The notes under the pieces: model-generated
What the model was told of the DNA's origin: nothing
Databases searched by the model: none
The model's input: only the letters and a program-made list of their open reading frames with translations
Shown here: positions 12,193 to 22,153 of the stretch, piece by piece
Layout of the letters: the number at the start of each line of letters is the position of its first letter
Position numbering within the stretch: the stretch's first letter is position 1
Program-made: the position numbers and the translations under genes
Source of the DNA: Giesbergeria sp.
GTDB taxonomy: Bacteria; Pseudomonadota; Gammaproteobacteria; Burkholderiales; Burkholderiaceae_C
Assembly (NCBI GenBank): GCA_041798325.1
Contig: JBHCAP010000013.1
Coordinates: forward strand, 27,504 to 91,503
DNA length: 64,000 nt
Direction of reading: 5' to 3'

Positions 12193-12876
12193 ATGAATTC
12201 CATGCTCCGTATCTCGCTCAACGCCTCGCCTGAACAGGTGCAGCGCCTGCAGGCTTTGCAAAGCGGGTTTGCGCAGGTGTGTAACGCCTTGGCACCGCTG
12301 GTGCAGCAAACGCGGGTGTGGAATCGGGTGGCGCTGCACCACTTGGCCTACCGCCAGCTGCGCGAACAGTTTCCCGAGATGGGCTCGCAAATGGTGTGCA
12401 ACGCTATTTATTCGGTCTCGCGCACCTGCCGGCTGGTGTTTCAGCACCCTGACAGCCCGTTTAGCTTGCAGCGGCTGGGCAGCAAGCCACTGCCGCTGCT
12501 GCGCTTTGCCGATTCGTGCCCGGTGTACTTTGACCGGCACACGCTGAGCCTCAAGGCCGGCCAGTTGTCGATGTTCACGCTGGACGGCCGGATGCGCTTT
12601 CAGCTGACGCTGCGCGCCGAGGACGAACAAGCCTTTCATACCAGCAAGCTGCGCGAAATCGTGCTGGCGCGGCGCAGCGACGGCATCTACGAACTGTCGT
12701 TTTTGTTGGCTCCGCCAGAAGCTGCCGGCGCTCTGGGTGCCAAAGCCGCGCACACTACCAAAATAATAGCTGCTCCCGCAGTACCCGCCTTGCTTACAGC
12801 CACATTAGAGGCCAAAACAGCCGAGGACGTAAGCGGCGAAATCCCTGAATACATCATTGTTGAAGAAGTTCTATGA
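12193..12876 (+). CDS. TnpB/Cas12f-like N-terminal (WED/REC) protein lacking RuvC; first gene of the T1SS operon
   Basis: LRISLNASPEQVQRL..LQ..FAQVCNAL...WNRVALHHLAYRQLREQF..GSQMVCNAI..V, VYFDRHTLSLK..QLSMFTLDGRMRF, KLREIVLARR..YELSF match the TnpB N-terminal pattern as I recall it. No GVDLG RuvC-I motif or zinc finger. Stop overlaps the next start (ATGA). Confidence 0.7.
   Translation: MNSMLRISLNASPEQVQRLQALQSGFAQVCNALAPLVQQTRVWNRVALHHLAYRQLREQFPEMGSQMVCNAIYSVSRTCRLVFQHPDSPFSLQRLGSKPLPLLRFADSCPVYFDRHTLSLKAGQLSMFTLDGRMRFQLTLRAEDEQAFHTSKLREIVLARRSDGIYELSFLLAPPEAAGALGAKAAHTTKIIAAPAVPALLTATLEAKTAEDVSGEIPEYIIVEEVL
12766..12817 (+). repeat. Degenerate repeat copy in-frame inside the TnpB-like CDS
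   Basis: atagctgctcccgca...tagaggccaaaa, encoding IAAPAVPALLTATLEAK. Confidence 0.65.
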
Positions 12877-14651
12877 ACCCTCAAAAGCCCCCCTCAGAGC
12901 TGCGTGCTGCCCTTTGGTCGCTCAAGCCCTACTTTGTGCGCGCTAGCTGGTTCAGCCTGATAGCGAGCATTTTGGTGCTAGCGCCGTCGGGCTACATGCT
13001 GGAGGTGTACGAGCGCGTGGTCAACAGCCGCAGCCATGCCACGCTGTTGATGCTGACACTGCTGGTGCTGGGCGCCTATGTGCTGATGGAAATTTTGGAG
13101 TGGGCGCGCAGCGAAATCATGCGCAGTGCCAGTGTCGAGCTGGATGGCAAGCTCAGCGGGCGCATTTTTCGGGCGATTTTTGAAGCCAATTTGCGCCGCT
13201 TGCCCGGTGGTACGCAGCAACCGCTGAACGATTTTCGGCAGGTGCGCGATTTTCTGTTTTCGCCGGCGTTGTTGGCGCTGATGGAGTCGCCGATTGCACT
13301 GGTGATGCTGGTGTTGCTGTTTCTGATCAGCCCGGTGCTGGGCTGGTCGGCGCTGGTGTTTGGCGTGCTGCAAACCTTTGTCGCGTGGCTCAACGAGCGC
13401 GGCACCAAGCCGCTGCTGATGAAGGCCAACCGCAGCGCGATTGCAGCGCAGCAATACGCCGATGGCACGCTGCGCAATGCCGAGGTGATCGAGTCGATGG
13501 GCATGCTGCGCGCCACGCACCAGCGCTGGATGGAGCGACAGCGCGAGTTTTTGGACTTGCAAGCGCAGGCGTCGGAGCACGCGGGTGGCTTTCAAGCGCT
13601 GTCTAAGTTGCTGCAAAACGTCCTTGGTTCGTTACTGCTGGGGCTGGGGTGCTGGCTGCTGTTGCACGACCAGCTCAATGGCGGCGGCGGCATGATGATC
13701 GTCGGCTCGATTTTGGGCGGGCGCATGTTGGCGCCGCTGGTGCAGGTGGTGACGCAGTGGCAATCGGTGGTCAACGTGCGCGACGCTTGGCAGCGGCTGG
13801 ACAACCTACTGGCCAGCGTGCCAGCCAAGCCTGAGGCGATGTCATTGCCCGCACCGCGCGGTGCTTTGCAGGTCGAGAGCTTGGTCGCCGGCGCGCCCGG
13901 CACCAACAGCCAAATTTTGCGCGGGGTGCAGTTTGCGCTAAACCCCGGCGAAGCGCTGGCGGTGGTCGGCCCTTCCGCCGCCGGCAAAACCACGTTGGCG
14001 CGTTTGTTGGTTGGTCTGTGGCCCGCAGCCGCCGGCAAGGTGCGGCTCGACGGTGCCGATGTCCACACTTGGGACAAAAGCGAACTCGGCCCGCACATGG
14101 GGTATTTGCCGCAAGGCGTGGAATTGTTTGAAGGCTCACTGGCAGAAAACATCGCCCGCTTTGGCGAGGTGGTGCCTGAGCGCGTCGAAGCCGCAGCGCG
14201 CGCCGTGGGCTTGCACGAGTTCATCATGGCGCTGCCCGATGGCTATGCGCAGCTGGTCGGCCCGGACGGCGCGCGCCTGTCTGGCGGCCAGCGCCAGCGC
14301 GTCGGTTTGGCGCGGGCGCTGTATGGCGACCCGGTGTTTGTCGTACTGGACGAGCCCAACTCCAGCTTGGACGAAGAAGGCGACGCCGCTTTGGCACGCG
14401 CCATTGCTGGTGCCAAACAACGCGGCACGACGTTTGTGATCATGACGCACCGCACCAGCGTGCTGGCCGTGGCCGACAAGATGCTGGTGCTGCGCGATGG
14501 TCAGCAGCAAGCCTTTGGCCCGCGTGACGAGGTGCTGGCCGCGCTCAACCAAGCCGCACAACAAGCCCAAGCACAGGCACAAGCCCCCGCGCCACAGGCG
14601 GCTCGTCCCCAGCAGCCCACCCCTTCCGCGCCGGTATTGGCCGCGTCGTAA
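12873..14651 (+). CDS. Type I secretion ABC permease/ATPase (PrtD family), copy 1
   Basis: YMLEVYERVVNSRS, GPSAAGKTT, LSGGQRQRVGLARALYG, LDEPNSSLD. Confidence 0.94.
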   Translation: MNPQKPPSELRAALWSLKPYFVRASWFSLIASILVLAPSGYMLEVYERVVNSRSHATLLMLTLLVLGAYVLMEILEWARSEIMRSASVELDGKLSGRIFRAIFEANLRRLPGGTQQPLNDFRQVRDFLFSPALLALMESPIALVMLVLLFLISPVLGWSALVFGVLQTFVAWLNERGTKPLLMKANRSAIAAQQYADGTLRNAEVIESMGMLRATHQRWMERQREFLDLQAQASEHAGGFQALSKLLQNVLGSLLLGLGCWLLLHDQLNGGGGMMIVGSILGGRMLAPLVQVVTQWQSVVNVRDAWQRLDNLLASVPAKPEAMSLPAPRGALQVESLVAGAPGTNSQILRGVQFALNPGEALAVVGPSAAGKTTLARLLVGLWPAAAGKVRLDGADVHTWDKSELGPHMGYLPQGVELFEGSLAENIARFGEVVPERVEAAARAVGLHEFIMALPDGYAQLVGPDGARLSGGQRQRVGLARALYGDPVFVVLDEPNSSLDEEGDAALARAIAGAKQRGTTFVIMTHRTSVLAVADKMLVLRDGQQQAFGPRDEVLAALNQAAQQAQAQAQAPAPQAARPQQPTPSAPVLAAS

Positions 14652-14685
14652 TTTTGCAACTGCCCCGCTCTTTCTCTCTCCTTTC

Positions 14686-16434
14686 ATGAAAACCCCTCAA
14701 TTTTTCCGCCGCAGCGAGTTGGCCGAGGCACTGTGGGCCTTTCGCCGCGAGTTTCTGGTCGTCGGCGTTTTCAGCATGGTGGCCAACGTGCTCATGCTCT
14801 CGCCCACGCTGTACATGCTGCAAGTGTTTGACCGCGTCATGAGCAGCCGCAGCGAGTTGACGCTGCTGATGATGTCGCTGATCACGCTGTTTTTATTTTT
14901 GGTGATGGCATTTGCCGAATGGATGCGCTCCAAGGTGCTGGTACGCGCTGGTATGCGTTTGGACAAAGTGCTGAGCACGCGCGTGTTCAACGCCAGCTTT
15001 GAAGACCGCCTGAGCCAATCGGGCAACAGCACCGCGCGCGCCTTTAGCGACCTGATCAATATCCGCCAGTTTTTGACTGGCAACGGCATCTTGGCGTTCT
15101 TTGATACGCCGTGGGCACCGGTGTATTTGTTAGTGCTGTTTTTGCTGCACCCGGTGCTGGGCTTTGCTGCGATTTTCTTTGCCTGCATACAGGGGCTGCT
15201 GGTGTGGTTTGGCCACCGCCAAACGGTGACGCCGTCCGAGGCAGCATCCAAAGCCAGCAGCGAAGCCGGTGCCTACCTGCACAGCAAACTGCGCAACGCC
15301 GAAGTGCTCGAATCGATGGGCATGGTGCACAACCTGCACCCGCACTGGGCCGAGCGCCACGCCCAAGCACTAGAGCTGCAAGGCCGCGCCCAAGCGCTAT
15401 CGCACCGCATCACCGCATGGAGCAAATTTATCCGCTACACCCAGCAATCGCTGGCGCTGGGCATAGGCGCGCTGTTGGTGATTGACGGGCAACTGTCACC
15501 CGGCGGGATGATTGCCGCCAACGTGCTGATGTCGCGCGCGCTGGCACCCATCGACATGCTGGCTGGCACGTGGCGCGGCTTTATCAGCGCCAAAGCCGCG
15601 TTTGAGCGGCTGGAAACCCTGCTGCGCACCCACCCCGAGCGCGACCCGGCGCTGTCGCGCGTCGCACCCACTGGCGCGCTAACGCTGCGCGACGTCGTCG
15701 CTACCGCCGCTGGCCGCGCCGAGCCGATTTTGAAAGGCATCAGCACCGCCGTCGCTGCGGGCACCGTCACGGTAGTGCTTGGCCCGTCTGGCTCGGGCAA
15801 ATCAACGCTGGCGCGCTGCATGGTTGGTATCTGGCCAACGATGGCCGGTGAAGTGTTGCTGGACGGCCTGCCAGTGAACGGCTGGGACCGCAATGAGCTG
15901 GGCCCCTACTTGGGCTATTTGCCGCAAGACATCGAGTTGCTCGAAGGATCGATTGCCGAGAACATCGCCCGCTTTGGCGAAGTGGACTCAGAAAAAGTCA
16001 TCGCCGCTGCCCGCAGCGCTGGTCTGCACGAGATGATTTTGCGTTTCCCCAAGGGCTACGACACGCCGATTGGCGAGGCTGGCGGCCTGCTCTCGGGCGG
16101 CCAGCGCCAGCGCATTGGCTTGGCGCGTGCGGTGTATGGCGACCCGGTGCTGGTGGTGCTGGACGAGCCTAACGCTAATCTGGACGATGTGGGCGAAGCG
16201 GCTTTGGTGCGCACCGTGTTGCAACTCAAGGCACGCGGCTGCACCGTGTTTTTGATCACGCACCGGCCTGGCATCGTCGGCGTGGCTGACCGCTTGCTGA
16301 TTCTGCAAAACGGCCAGATCCAAGCCGATGGCCCGCGCGAAGCCGTGGTCGCCGCGATACAGGCAGCGCAGGCCAACGCCGCCCGCCAAGCGCCAGCGTC
16401 CGCTCCAGCCGGCAGTGCGTTGCAGCCAGCTTGA
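14686..16434 (+). CDS. Type I secretion ABC permease/ATPase (PrtD family), copy 2
   Basis: [49 protein letters not shown]. Confidence 0.94.
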   Translation: MKTPQFFRRSELAEALWAFRREFLVVGVFSMVANVLMLSPTLYMLQVFDRVMSSRSELTLLMMSLITLFLFLVMAFAEWMRSKVLVRAGMRLDKVLSTRVFNASFEDRLSQSGNSTARAFSDLINIRQFLTGNGILAFFDTPWAPVYLLVLFLLHPVLGFAAIFFACIQGLLVWFGHRQTVTPSEAASKASSEAGAYLHSKLRNAEVLESMGMVHNLHPHWAERHAQALELQGRAQALSHRITAWSKFIRYTQQSLALGIGALLVIDGQLSPGGMIAANVLMSRALAPIDMLAGTWRGFISAKAAFERLETLLRTHPERDPALSRVAPTGALTLRDVVATAAGRAEPILKGISTAVAAGTVTVVLGPSGSGKSTLARCMVGIWPTMAGEVLLDGLPVNGWDRNELGPYLGYLPQDIELLEGSIAENIARFGEVDSEKVIAAARSAGLHEMILRFPKGYDTPIGEAGGLLSGGQRQRIGLARAVYGDPVLVVLDEPNANLDDVGEAALVRTVLQLKARGCTVFLITHRPGIVGVADRLLILQNGQIQADGPREAVVAAIQAAQANAARQAPASAPAGSALQPA

Positions 16435-16511
16435 CGCCCTAGCGCCCTTCTTTCCTGCCCCGCTTCTTTTATTGATGCCTTCTTCTGTCCCTCTTTCTGT
16501 CGGGTACTGAC

Positions 16512-17885
16512 ATGGTCAAAAATCTGTTGAATCCAAAAACACTGGGCGCGCCTGCGGACGCCGCCTATTCATCCTCTTCTTCCTCTTCAGCGGCCCATGC
16601 TGCGCCCGCCAAATCTGACGCTGGGCGCATCGGCCTGATCGCGCTGGCGGTGGCCTTTGGTGGCTTTTTGCTGTGGGCATCGCTGGCACCGCTCGACGAA
16701 GGCGTGCCCGCGCAAGGCACTGTCGCCATCGACACCAAGCGCAAAACTGTGCAGCACCTGAGCGGGGGCATCGTCAAAGAAGTGCTGGTCGGTGAGGGCG
16801 ACACAGTGCAAGAAGGCCAATTGCTGATCAAACTCGATTCGGCGGTAGCGCGTTCCAATTACGAGTCGGTGCGCCAGCGCTACTTGGGCCTGCGGGCGAT
16901 GCAAGGGCGCCTGCTGGCCGAGCAAGCACAGCAGCCCCACATCACCTTCCATCCCGACTTGCAGGCCGCCGCCAGCGACCCGCTGATTCGAGAACAAATG
17001 CAAAACCAAGAGCAACTGTTCATGACCCGGCGCAGTTTGTTGCGCTCCGATCTGCAATCAATCGAAGAAAACATCCAAGGCCAGCAAGGCCTGCTGCAGG
17101 CCTACGCCGGCATGATGGACAACCGGCGTAACCAACAACGCCTGATTAAGGAAGAACTCTCCCACCTGCGCGGTCTGGTCGCCGAAGGCTACGCCCCGCG
17201 CAACCGCCAGCTGGAGATGGAGCGCATGGTGGCCGACTCGGGCTCGGCGCTGGCCGACTTGCAGGGCAACACCGTGCGCGCCCAGCGCAGCATCAACGAA
17301 CTGCGCCAACGCGCCCTCTCGCGCCAACAGGAATACCGCAAAGAAGTCGAAACCCAGCTGGCCGACGTCAGCCGCGAAGTGCTGGCCGACAACGAAAAAC
17401 TGCACGCTGTCACCGACGACTTGGGCCGCACCGACATCAAAGCGCCGGCCAGCGGTCAAGTGGTGGGCCTGGCGATTCAAACCGTCGGCGCCGTGGTGCA
17501 ACCGGGCCAAAAGCTGATGGACATCGTGCCCGCTGGCGCGCCGCTGTTGCTGGAAACCCACGTCGCGCCGCACCTGATTGACCGGGTGCATGCCGACTTA
17601 GCGGTGGACGTGCGCTTTTCCTCGTTTGCCAACTCTCCGCAACTGGTGGTGCTGGGCAAAGTGGTGTCGATTTCGGCGGATCTGCTGACCGATCCACAGA
17701 CCAACATTGCCTACTATTTGGCGCGCGTGCAAGTCACGCCCGAAGGCATGAAAGAGCTGGGAAAACGCCAACTGCAACCGGGGATGCCGGTGGAAGTAAT
17801 CTTCAAAACCGGTGAGCGCTCGATGCTGACCTATTTGCTGCACCCGCTGACCAAGCGCTTGGCGGCGTCGATGACCGAGGAGTAA
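16512..17885 (+). CDS. HlyD/PrtE-family T1SS membrane fusion protein
   Basis: WASLAPLDEGV, VQHLSGGIVKEVLV.EGD.V, IKAPASGQV, LQPGMPVEV.FKTGERS. Confidence 0.94.
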   Translation: MVKNLLNPKTLGAPADAAYSSSSSSSAAHAAPAKSDAGRIGLIALAVAFGGFLLWASLAPLDEGVPAQGTVAIDTKRKTVQHLSGGIVKEVLVGEGDTVQEGQLLIKLDSAVARSNYESVRQRYLGLRAMQGRLLAEQAQQPHITFHPDLQAAASDPLIREQMQNQEQLFMTRRSLLRSDLQSIEENIQGQQGLLQAYAGMMDNRRNQQRLIKEELSHLRGLVAEGYAPRNRQLEMERMVADSGSALADLQGNTVRAQRSINELRQRALSRQQEYRKEVETQLADVSREVLADNEKLHAVTDDLGRTDIKAPASGQVVGLAIQTVGAVVQPGQKLMDIVPAGAPLLLETHVAPHLIDRVHADLAVDVRFSSFANSPQLVVLGKVVSISADLLTDPQTNIAYYLARVQVTPEGMKELGKRQLQPGMPVEVIFKTGERSMLTYLLHPLTKRLAASMTEE

Positions 17886-17889
17886 GCAT

Positions 17890-19320
17890 ATGAAGCAGTG
17901 CAGCACCTTTCCACACGCTTTGCCGCGCAGCGCGCGCCTGACCGGCTTGGTCAGCGCCTGCTTGGCACTGGCAGGCCTTGCCACACCGGCTTGGTCGCTC
18001 GATTTTCGCCAAGCCTATGAAGCCGCGCGCGACAACGACGCCACCATCCGCGCGGCCCGCGCTGGCGCCGAGTCGCGCCGCGAGCTGCTGCCCCAAGCGC
18101 GGGCGCAGCGCTTGCCCAACATCTCGCTCAGCGTGGGGCGCAACCACAACGACCTGACCAGCAAAACGCGCAACATGCTGAACCAGCCGGTGACGCAGGA
18201 AAACGACTACTACAGCGGCAACCAAACGCTGTCGGTGCGCCAACCTCTGTACCGCCCGCACCTGAGCGCCTTGGTGCGCCAAGCCAAAGCGCAGGTCGCA
18301 GATGCCAATGCCACACTGGAAAACGACGAGCAAACCTTGGTCACGCGCGTCGGTGAGGCCTACTTTGACGCCCTGCTGGCCCAAGACCAGCTGGCGCTGA
18401 TAGCCGCGCAAAAAATCACCTACCGCACCCAACTCGATGCCGCGCAAAAAGGCTTGGCCGCCGGATCGGGCACGCGCACCGACATCGACGAAGCCCAGGC
18501 GCGGCTCGACATGACGCTGGCGCAGGAGCTGGAAGCGCAGCAAAACGTGGACTTCACGCGCCGCCGCATTGAAGTGCTGATGGGCAAAAACGTTGACAGC
18601 TTGGCCGCGCTAGACGTGCAGCGCTTTGCACCTACCGTGCCCTTGCCCGCCAGCGTCGAAGCGTGGATTGAGCGCGCCGAGCAAGCCAGCCCCGAAATGC
18701 AAGCCCTGCGCGCGCAATTAGAAGCGGCGCAGCAAGAAATCCACAAAGCCCAAGCCGGCCACAAGCCGACGCTGGACGCCGTGGCGCAGTGGGCACGCAG
18801 CAGCAGCGACAGCGTCACCAGCGTCAACTCGCGCTACGACAACAAAACCATTGGCCTACAGCTGAACGTGCCGCTGTACGCCGGCGGCTACGTTACCTCC
18901 ACCGTGCGCCAAGCCGTGGCGGCGCACACGCGCGCCAGCGAAATTCTGGAAGCCACGCGCCTAGACTTGGGCGTGCGCGTACACCGCGAGTTTCGCGCCA
19001 TGACCGAGGGCGTGCTGCGCATCCAAGCGCTACAGCAAGCGGTGCGCTCGGGCGAGCAGGCGCTGCTGTCGAACCAAAAATCGTTTGAAGCCGGCATCCG
19101 CACCACGCTGGACGTGTTGAACGCCGCGCAGCAAAAGACCGTCGCCCAGCGCGACTTGGCGCAGGCGCGTTATGTGTATCTGGTGTCGTACCTGCGCCTG
19201 CAAGCGCTGGCCGGCGAAGACCGCGAGGCCAGCGTGGCGCACGCCAACAGCTGGCTCTCAGAAAGCGCGGATACGTCGGCCACGCAAGCGGCGGCAGATG
19301 TCAAAAACAATCAAAATTGA
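17890..19320 (+). CDS. TolC-family T1SS outer membrane protein
   Basis: Signal peptide, RQPLY, GLQLNVPLYAGG, GIRTTLDVLNA; last gene of the T1SS operon. Confidence 0.93.
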   Translation: MKQCSTFPHALPRSARLTGLVSACLALAGLATPAWSLDFRQAYEAARDNDATIRAARAGAESRRELLPQARAQRLPNISLSVGRNHNDLTSKTRNMLNQPVTQENDYYSGNQTLSVRQPLYRPHLSALVRQAKAQVADANATLENDEQTLVTRVGEAYFDALLAQDQLALIAAQKITYRTQLDAAQKGLAAGSGTRTDIDEAQARLDMTLAQELEAQQNVDFTRRRIEVLMGKNVDSLAALDVQRFAPTVPLPASVEAWIERAEQASPEMQALRAQLEAAQQEIHKAQAGHKPTLDAVAQWARSSSDSVTSVNSRYDNKTIGLQLNVPLYAGGYVTSTVRQAVAAHTRASEILEATRLDLGVRVHREFRAMTEGVLRIQALQQAVRSGEQALLSNQKSFEAGIRTTLDVLNAAQQKTVAQRDLAQARYVYLVSYLRLQALAGEDREASVAHANSWLSESADTSATQAAADVKNNQN

Positions 19321-19360
19321 TAGCTGCAACCGCACGTATCTAAAGGGCTAGAGGCCAATT
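19320..19360 (+). repeat. Dispersed REP-like repeat copy overlapping the TolC stop codon
   Basis: atagctgcaaccgcacgtatctaaagggctagaggccaatt. Confidence 0.85.
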
Positions 19361-19367
19361 AAGCATA

Positions 19368-19433
19368 AAAAAACCGGGTTTAAACCCGGTTTTTTGTTGT
19401 CAGGGGCAGGTTGAATCTGTATTCAACCTGCCC
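19368..19433. terminator. Bidirectional terminator plus a second hairpin between tolC and actP
   Basis: AAAAAACCGGGTTTAAACCCGGTTTTTT (19368-19395) and GGGCAGGTTGAAT-ctgt-ATTCAACCTGCCC (19404-19433). Confidence 0.8.
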
Positions 19434-19453
19434 TAGCTCAGTTGCTTTGCAGC

Positions 19454-21190
19454 TTAGTGACCCGATGCGCCCGCAGCGCCCAGACCGGTTTCCGAACGCA
19501 CTTGCTGCGCTGGGAACGCAGCGCGCTCACGGGCAGCGTTGGCGCTCTTGTCAGTGATCGAGAACAGCCAGATGCCAACAAAGCCGATGGTCATCGAGAA
19601 CAGCGCTGGCGAGGTGTAAGGGAACCAAGCCGAGCCAGCGGGGTTGCCCAGCGTGGCTTCCCACACCGAAGGCGACACGATGGTCAAGCCCACCGAAGAG
19701 ATCAGGCCCATGAAGCCACCAATCACCGCGCCGCGTGTGGTGCAGTCTTTCCACAGCACCGACAGGAACAGCACTGGGAAGTTAGCCGACGCAGCAATCG
19801 CAAAAGCCAGCGACACCATGAACGCAATGTTTTGGCGCTCAAAGGCAATGCCCAGCACCACCGCAATCACGCCCAAAGCCAAAGTGGTGATACGCGAGAC
19901 CTTCAGCTCCGAAGCGCTGTCGGCTTTGCCCTTCTTGAACACCGTAGCGTACAAGTCGTGCGACACCGCCGAAGCGCCCGACAGCGTCAGACCAGCTACC
20001 ACCGCCAGGATGGTGGCAAAGGCCACTGCCGAGATGAAGCCGTAGAACACATTACCGCCGACCGACTTGGCCACCAGCACCGCTGCCATGTTGGCCGTCC
20101 CTGCGCCGCCGTGGATCACGCCATTGACGACATCTGACATCTCGGGGTTGGTCAGCACCATGGTGATGGCACCAAAACCGATGATGAAAATCAGCACGTA
20201 GAAGTAGCCGATCCAGGTCGTTGCCCACAGCACCGACTTGCGTGCCTGCTTGGCATCAGGAACGGTGAAGAAGCGCATCAGGATGTGGGGCAAACCAGCG
20301 GTACCGAACATCAGCGCCATACCGAAGGAGATGGCAGAGATCGGGTCTTTAATGAAGCCCCCTGGGCCCATGATGCCCAGACCGGCGACGGCAGCTTGCT
20401 CAGGCGTAGCGCCCTTGTTAGCAGCAATAGCGGTGCGCACTTCGACACCCTTGGCAAACAGCGCTTCAGGGCTGAAGCCATAGTTGGCCAGCACCATGAA
20501 GGCCATGAAGGTCACGCCGGCCAGCAACAGCACGGCCTTGATGATCTGCACCCAGGTAGTTGCCGTCATACCGCCGAACAGCACGTAAACCATCATCAGC
20601 GCGCCCACGATGACCACGGCCATCCAGTATTCCAAACCAAACAGCAGCTTGATCAGCTGACCGGCACCCACCATCTGAGCGATCAGATAGAAAGCCACCA
20701 CCACCAGCGTGCCGGAAGCGGCAAACGCGCGGATGGGGCCTTGTTGGAAGCGATAACCGGCAACGTCAGCAAAAGTGAACTTGCCCAAGTTGCGCAGGCG
20801 CTCGGCCATCAAGAAGGTGATGAGCGGCCAGCCGACCAGAAAGCCGATGGAGTAAATCAGGCCGTCATAGCCCGTGGCCATCACGGCAGCGGAAATGCCC
20901 AAGAACGAAGCCGCCGACATGTAGTCGCCAGCAATCGCCAAGCCGTTTTGAAAACCCGTGATACCGCCACCAGCGGTGTAGAAGTCGGAAGCCGACTTGG
21001 TTTTGGAAGCCGCCCACTTGGTGATCCACAACGTGCCGGCGACAAACGCGCCAAACATGCCAATCGCCACCCAGTTGGTTTCTTGCTTGGCCGCTTGGCC
21101 CATATCAGCGCCAGCAGCGTGGGCCAAGCCCACGGCCAGCAAAGCGAACAGCGCTAGCGCGCTGCCCCGGAGTTTTTGCAGTGCGTTCAT
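19454..21190 (-). CDS. actP: Cation/acetate symporter ActP
   Basis: [59 protein letters not shown]. Confidence 0.95.
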   Translation of the reverse strand: MNALQKLRGSALALFALLAVGLAHAAGADMGQAAKQETNWVAIGMFGAFVAGTLWITKWAASKTKSASDFYTAGGGITGFQNGLAIAGDYMSAASFLGISAAVMATGYDGLIYSIGFLVGWPLITFLMAERLRNLGKFTFADVAGYRFQQGPIRAFAASGTLVVVAFYLIAQMVGAGQLIKLLFGLEYWMAVVIVGALMMVYVLFGGMTATTWVQIIKAVLLLAGVTFMAFMVLANYGFSPEALFAKGVEVRTAIAANKGATPEQAAVAGLGIMGPGGFIKDPISAISFGMALMFGTAGLPHILMRFFTVPDAKQARKSVLWATTWIGYFYVLIFIIGFGAITMVLTNPEMSDVVNGVIHGGAGTANMAAVLVAKSVGGNVFYGFISAVAFATILAVVAGLTLSGASAVSHDLYATVFKKGKADSASELKVSRITTLALGVIAVVLGIAFERQNIAFMVSLAFAIAASANFPVLFLSVLWKDCTTRGAVIGGFMGLISSVGLTIVSPSVWEATLGNPAGSAWFPYTSPALFSMTIGFVGIWLFSITDKSANAARERAAFPAQQVRSETGLGAAGASGH

Positions 21191-21495
21191 TTGCTGGCGT
21201 CCTTCAGGATTTCTGCGGTCAAAGCATCAAACTCGCCATTGGCGCGGCGCACATACAGGCCGGTAATAACGATGGTGAAGATGATCACGCCCATGCCAAT
21301 CGGAATACCCAGCGAAGTCACGCCGGCACCGATGGGTTGGGCCAAGAAAGATTTGTCAAAAGCGATCAGAGCGATGTAGCCGTAGTAAACGACCAGCATC
21401 AAAATAGTCAAGGTAACGCCCAAGGTGTTGCGTTTACTGCGTAACTCTAAGTACTTCGGATGGTTTTGTATTTTGGTGACGACCGGATCGATCAT
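21187..21495 (-). CDS. DUF485 (YjcH-like) inner membrane protein
   Basis: Small two-TM protein ending [10 protein letters not shown], overlapping the actP start as in yjcH-actP. Confidence 0.88.
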   Translation of the reverse strand: MIDPVVTKIQNHPKYLELRSKRNTLGVTLTILMLVVYYGYIALIAFDKSFLAQPIGAGVTSLGIPIGMGVIIFTIVITGLYVRRANGEFDALTAEILKDASK

Positions 21496-22153
21496 GTCTC
21501 TCTCCTCAAAAGTTGAATGCAAAATTTACAAGCGAAATCTGCAATGCAGCGCGGCAGGCCGCTCTGCATATTTTTGATTCTGCAAACGCCTACTGACCAA
21601 CTCCTTACGCCGCGCTTGTGCGCGCACGACCCGTTTTAAGGCTTCCATCAACTCACCAGAACAGAAGGCGAGCTGATTTTTCGCATCGAAAAATACTGCG
21701 CACGGGTTAACACCAACTTTGTAAGATTCACGCCAGCTTAGGGTCGTTTTTTGTCAGAAAGCCGTCAGATTGACTCTGTGTAAGGGCAGCTTTTGTCTCT
21801 GACCTAGCGCAGAGAGAGAGAAAAAAATAAAAAATAAATACGCAATAAGCGTGATTTGAATCGTTGAAAACCGTCAAATCGTCGCGAGAGCAGGTCGATT
21901 TTCGCGCCGGCACATGGGGCCGGGCGAATAGCCAAGGCTAGAAACTGTTGTGGCAATGCATCATTTTTGACGTTTTGACAACGCAATCGGCTGCCAACAC
22001 GCGGGCTTGGCTACTTTGCGAGCGCCTGCAATCCCCATTGCACCTAAAATTTTGCGGCGGTGATGCAAAAAGCCCGGCCATTCTTGCTTGCATGTCCATT
22101 GGCTGCGGTGTCGCACTCACCACCAAAACAAACACCCCATCAAGGAATTAAAA

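Noticed and set aside
12193-12876. Active IS200/IS605 element
   Set aside because: No tnpA, RuvC or zinc finger, and no paired element ends; embedded in a host operon.
21496-22153. sRNA or small ORFs in the yjcH-porin intergenic region
   Set aside because: No recognisable RNA motif or convincing ORF; consistent with divergent promoters.
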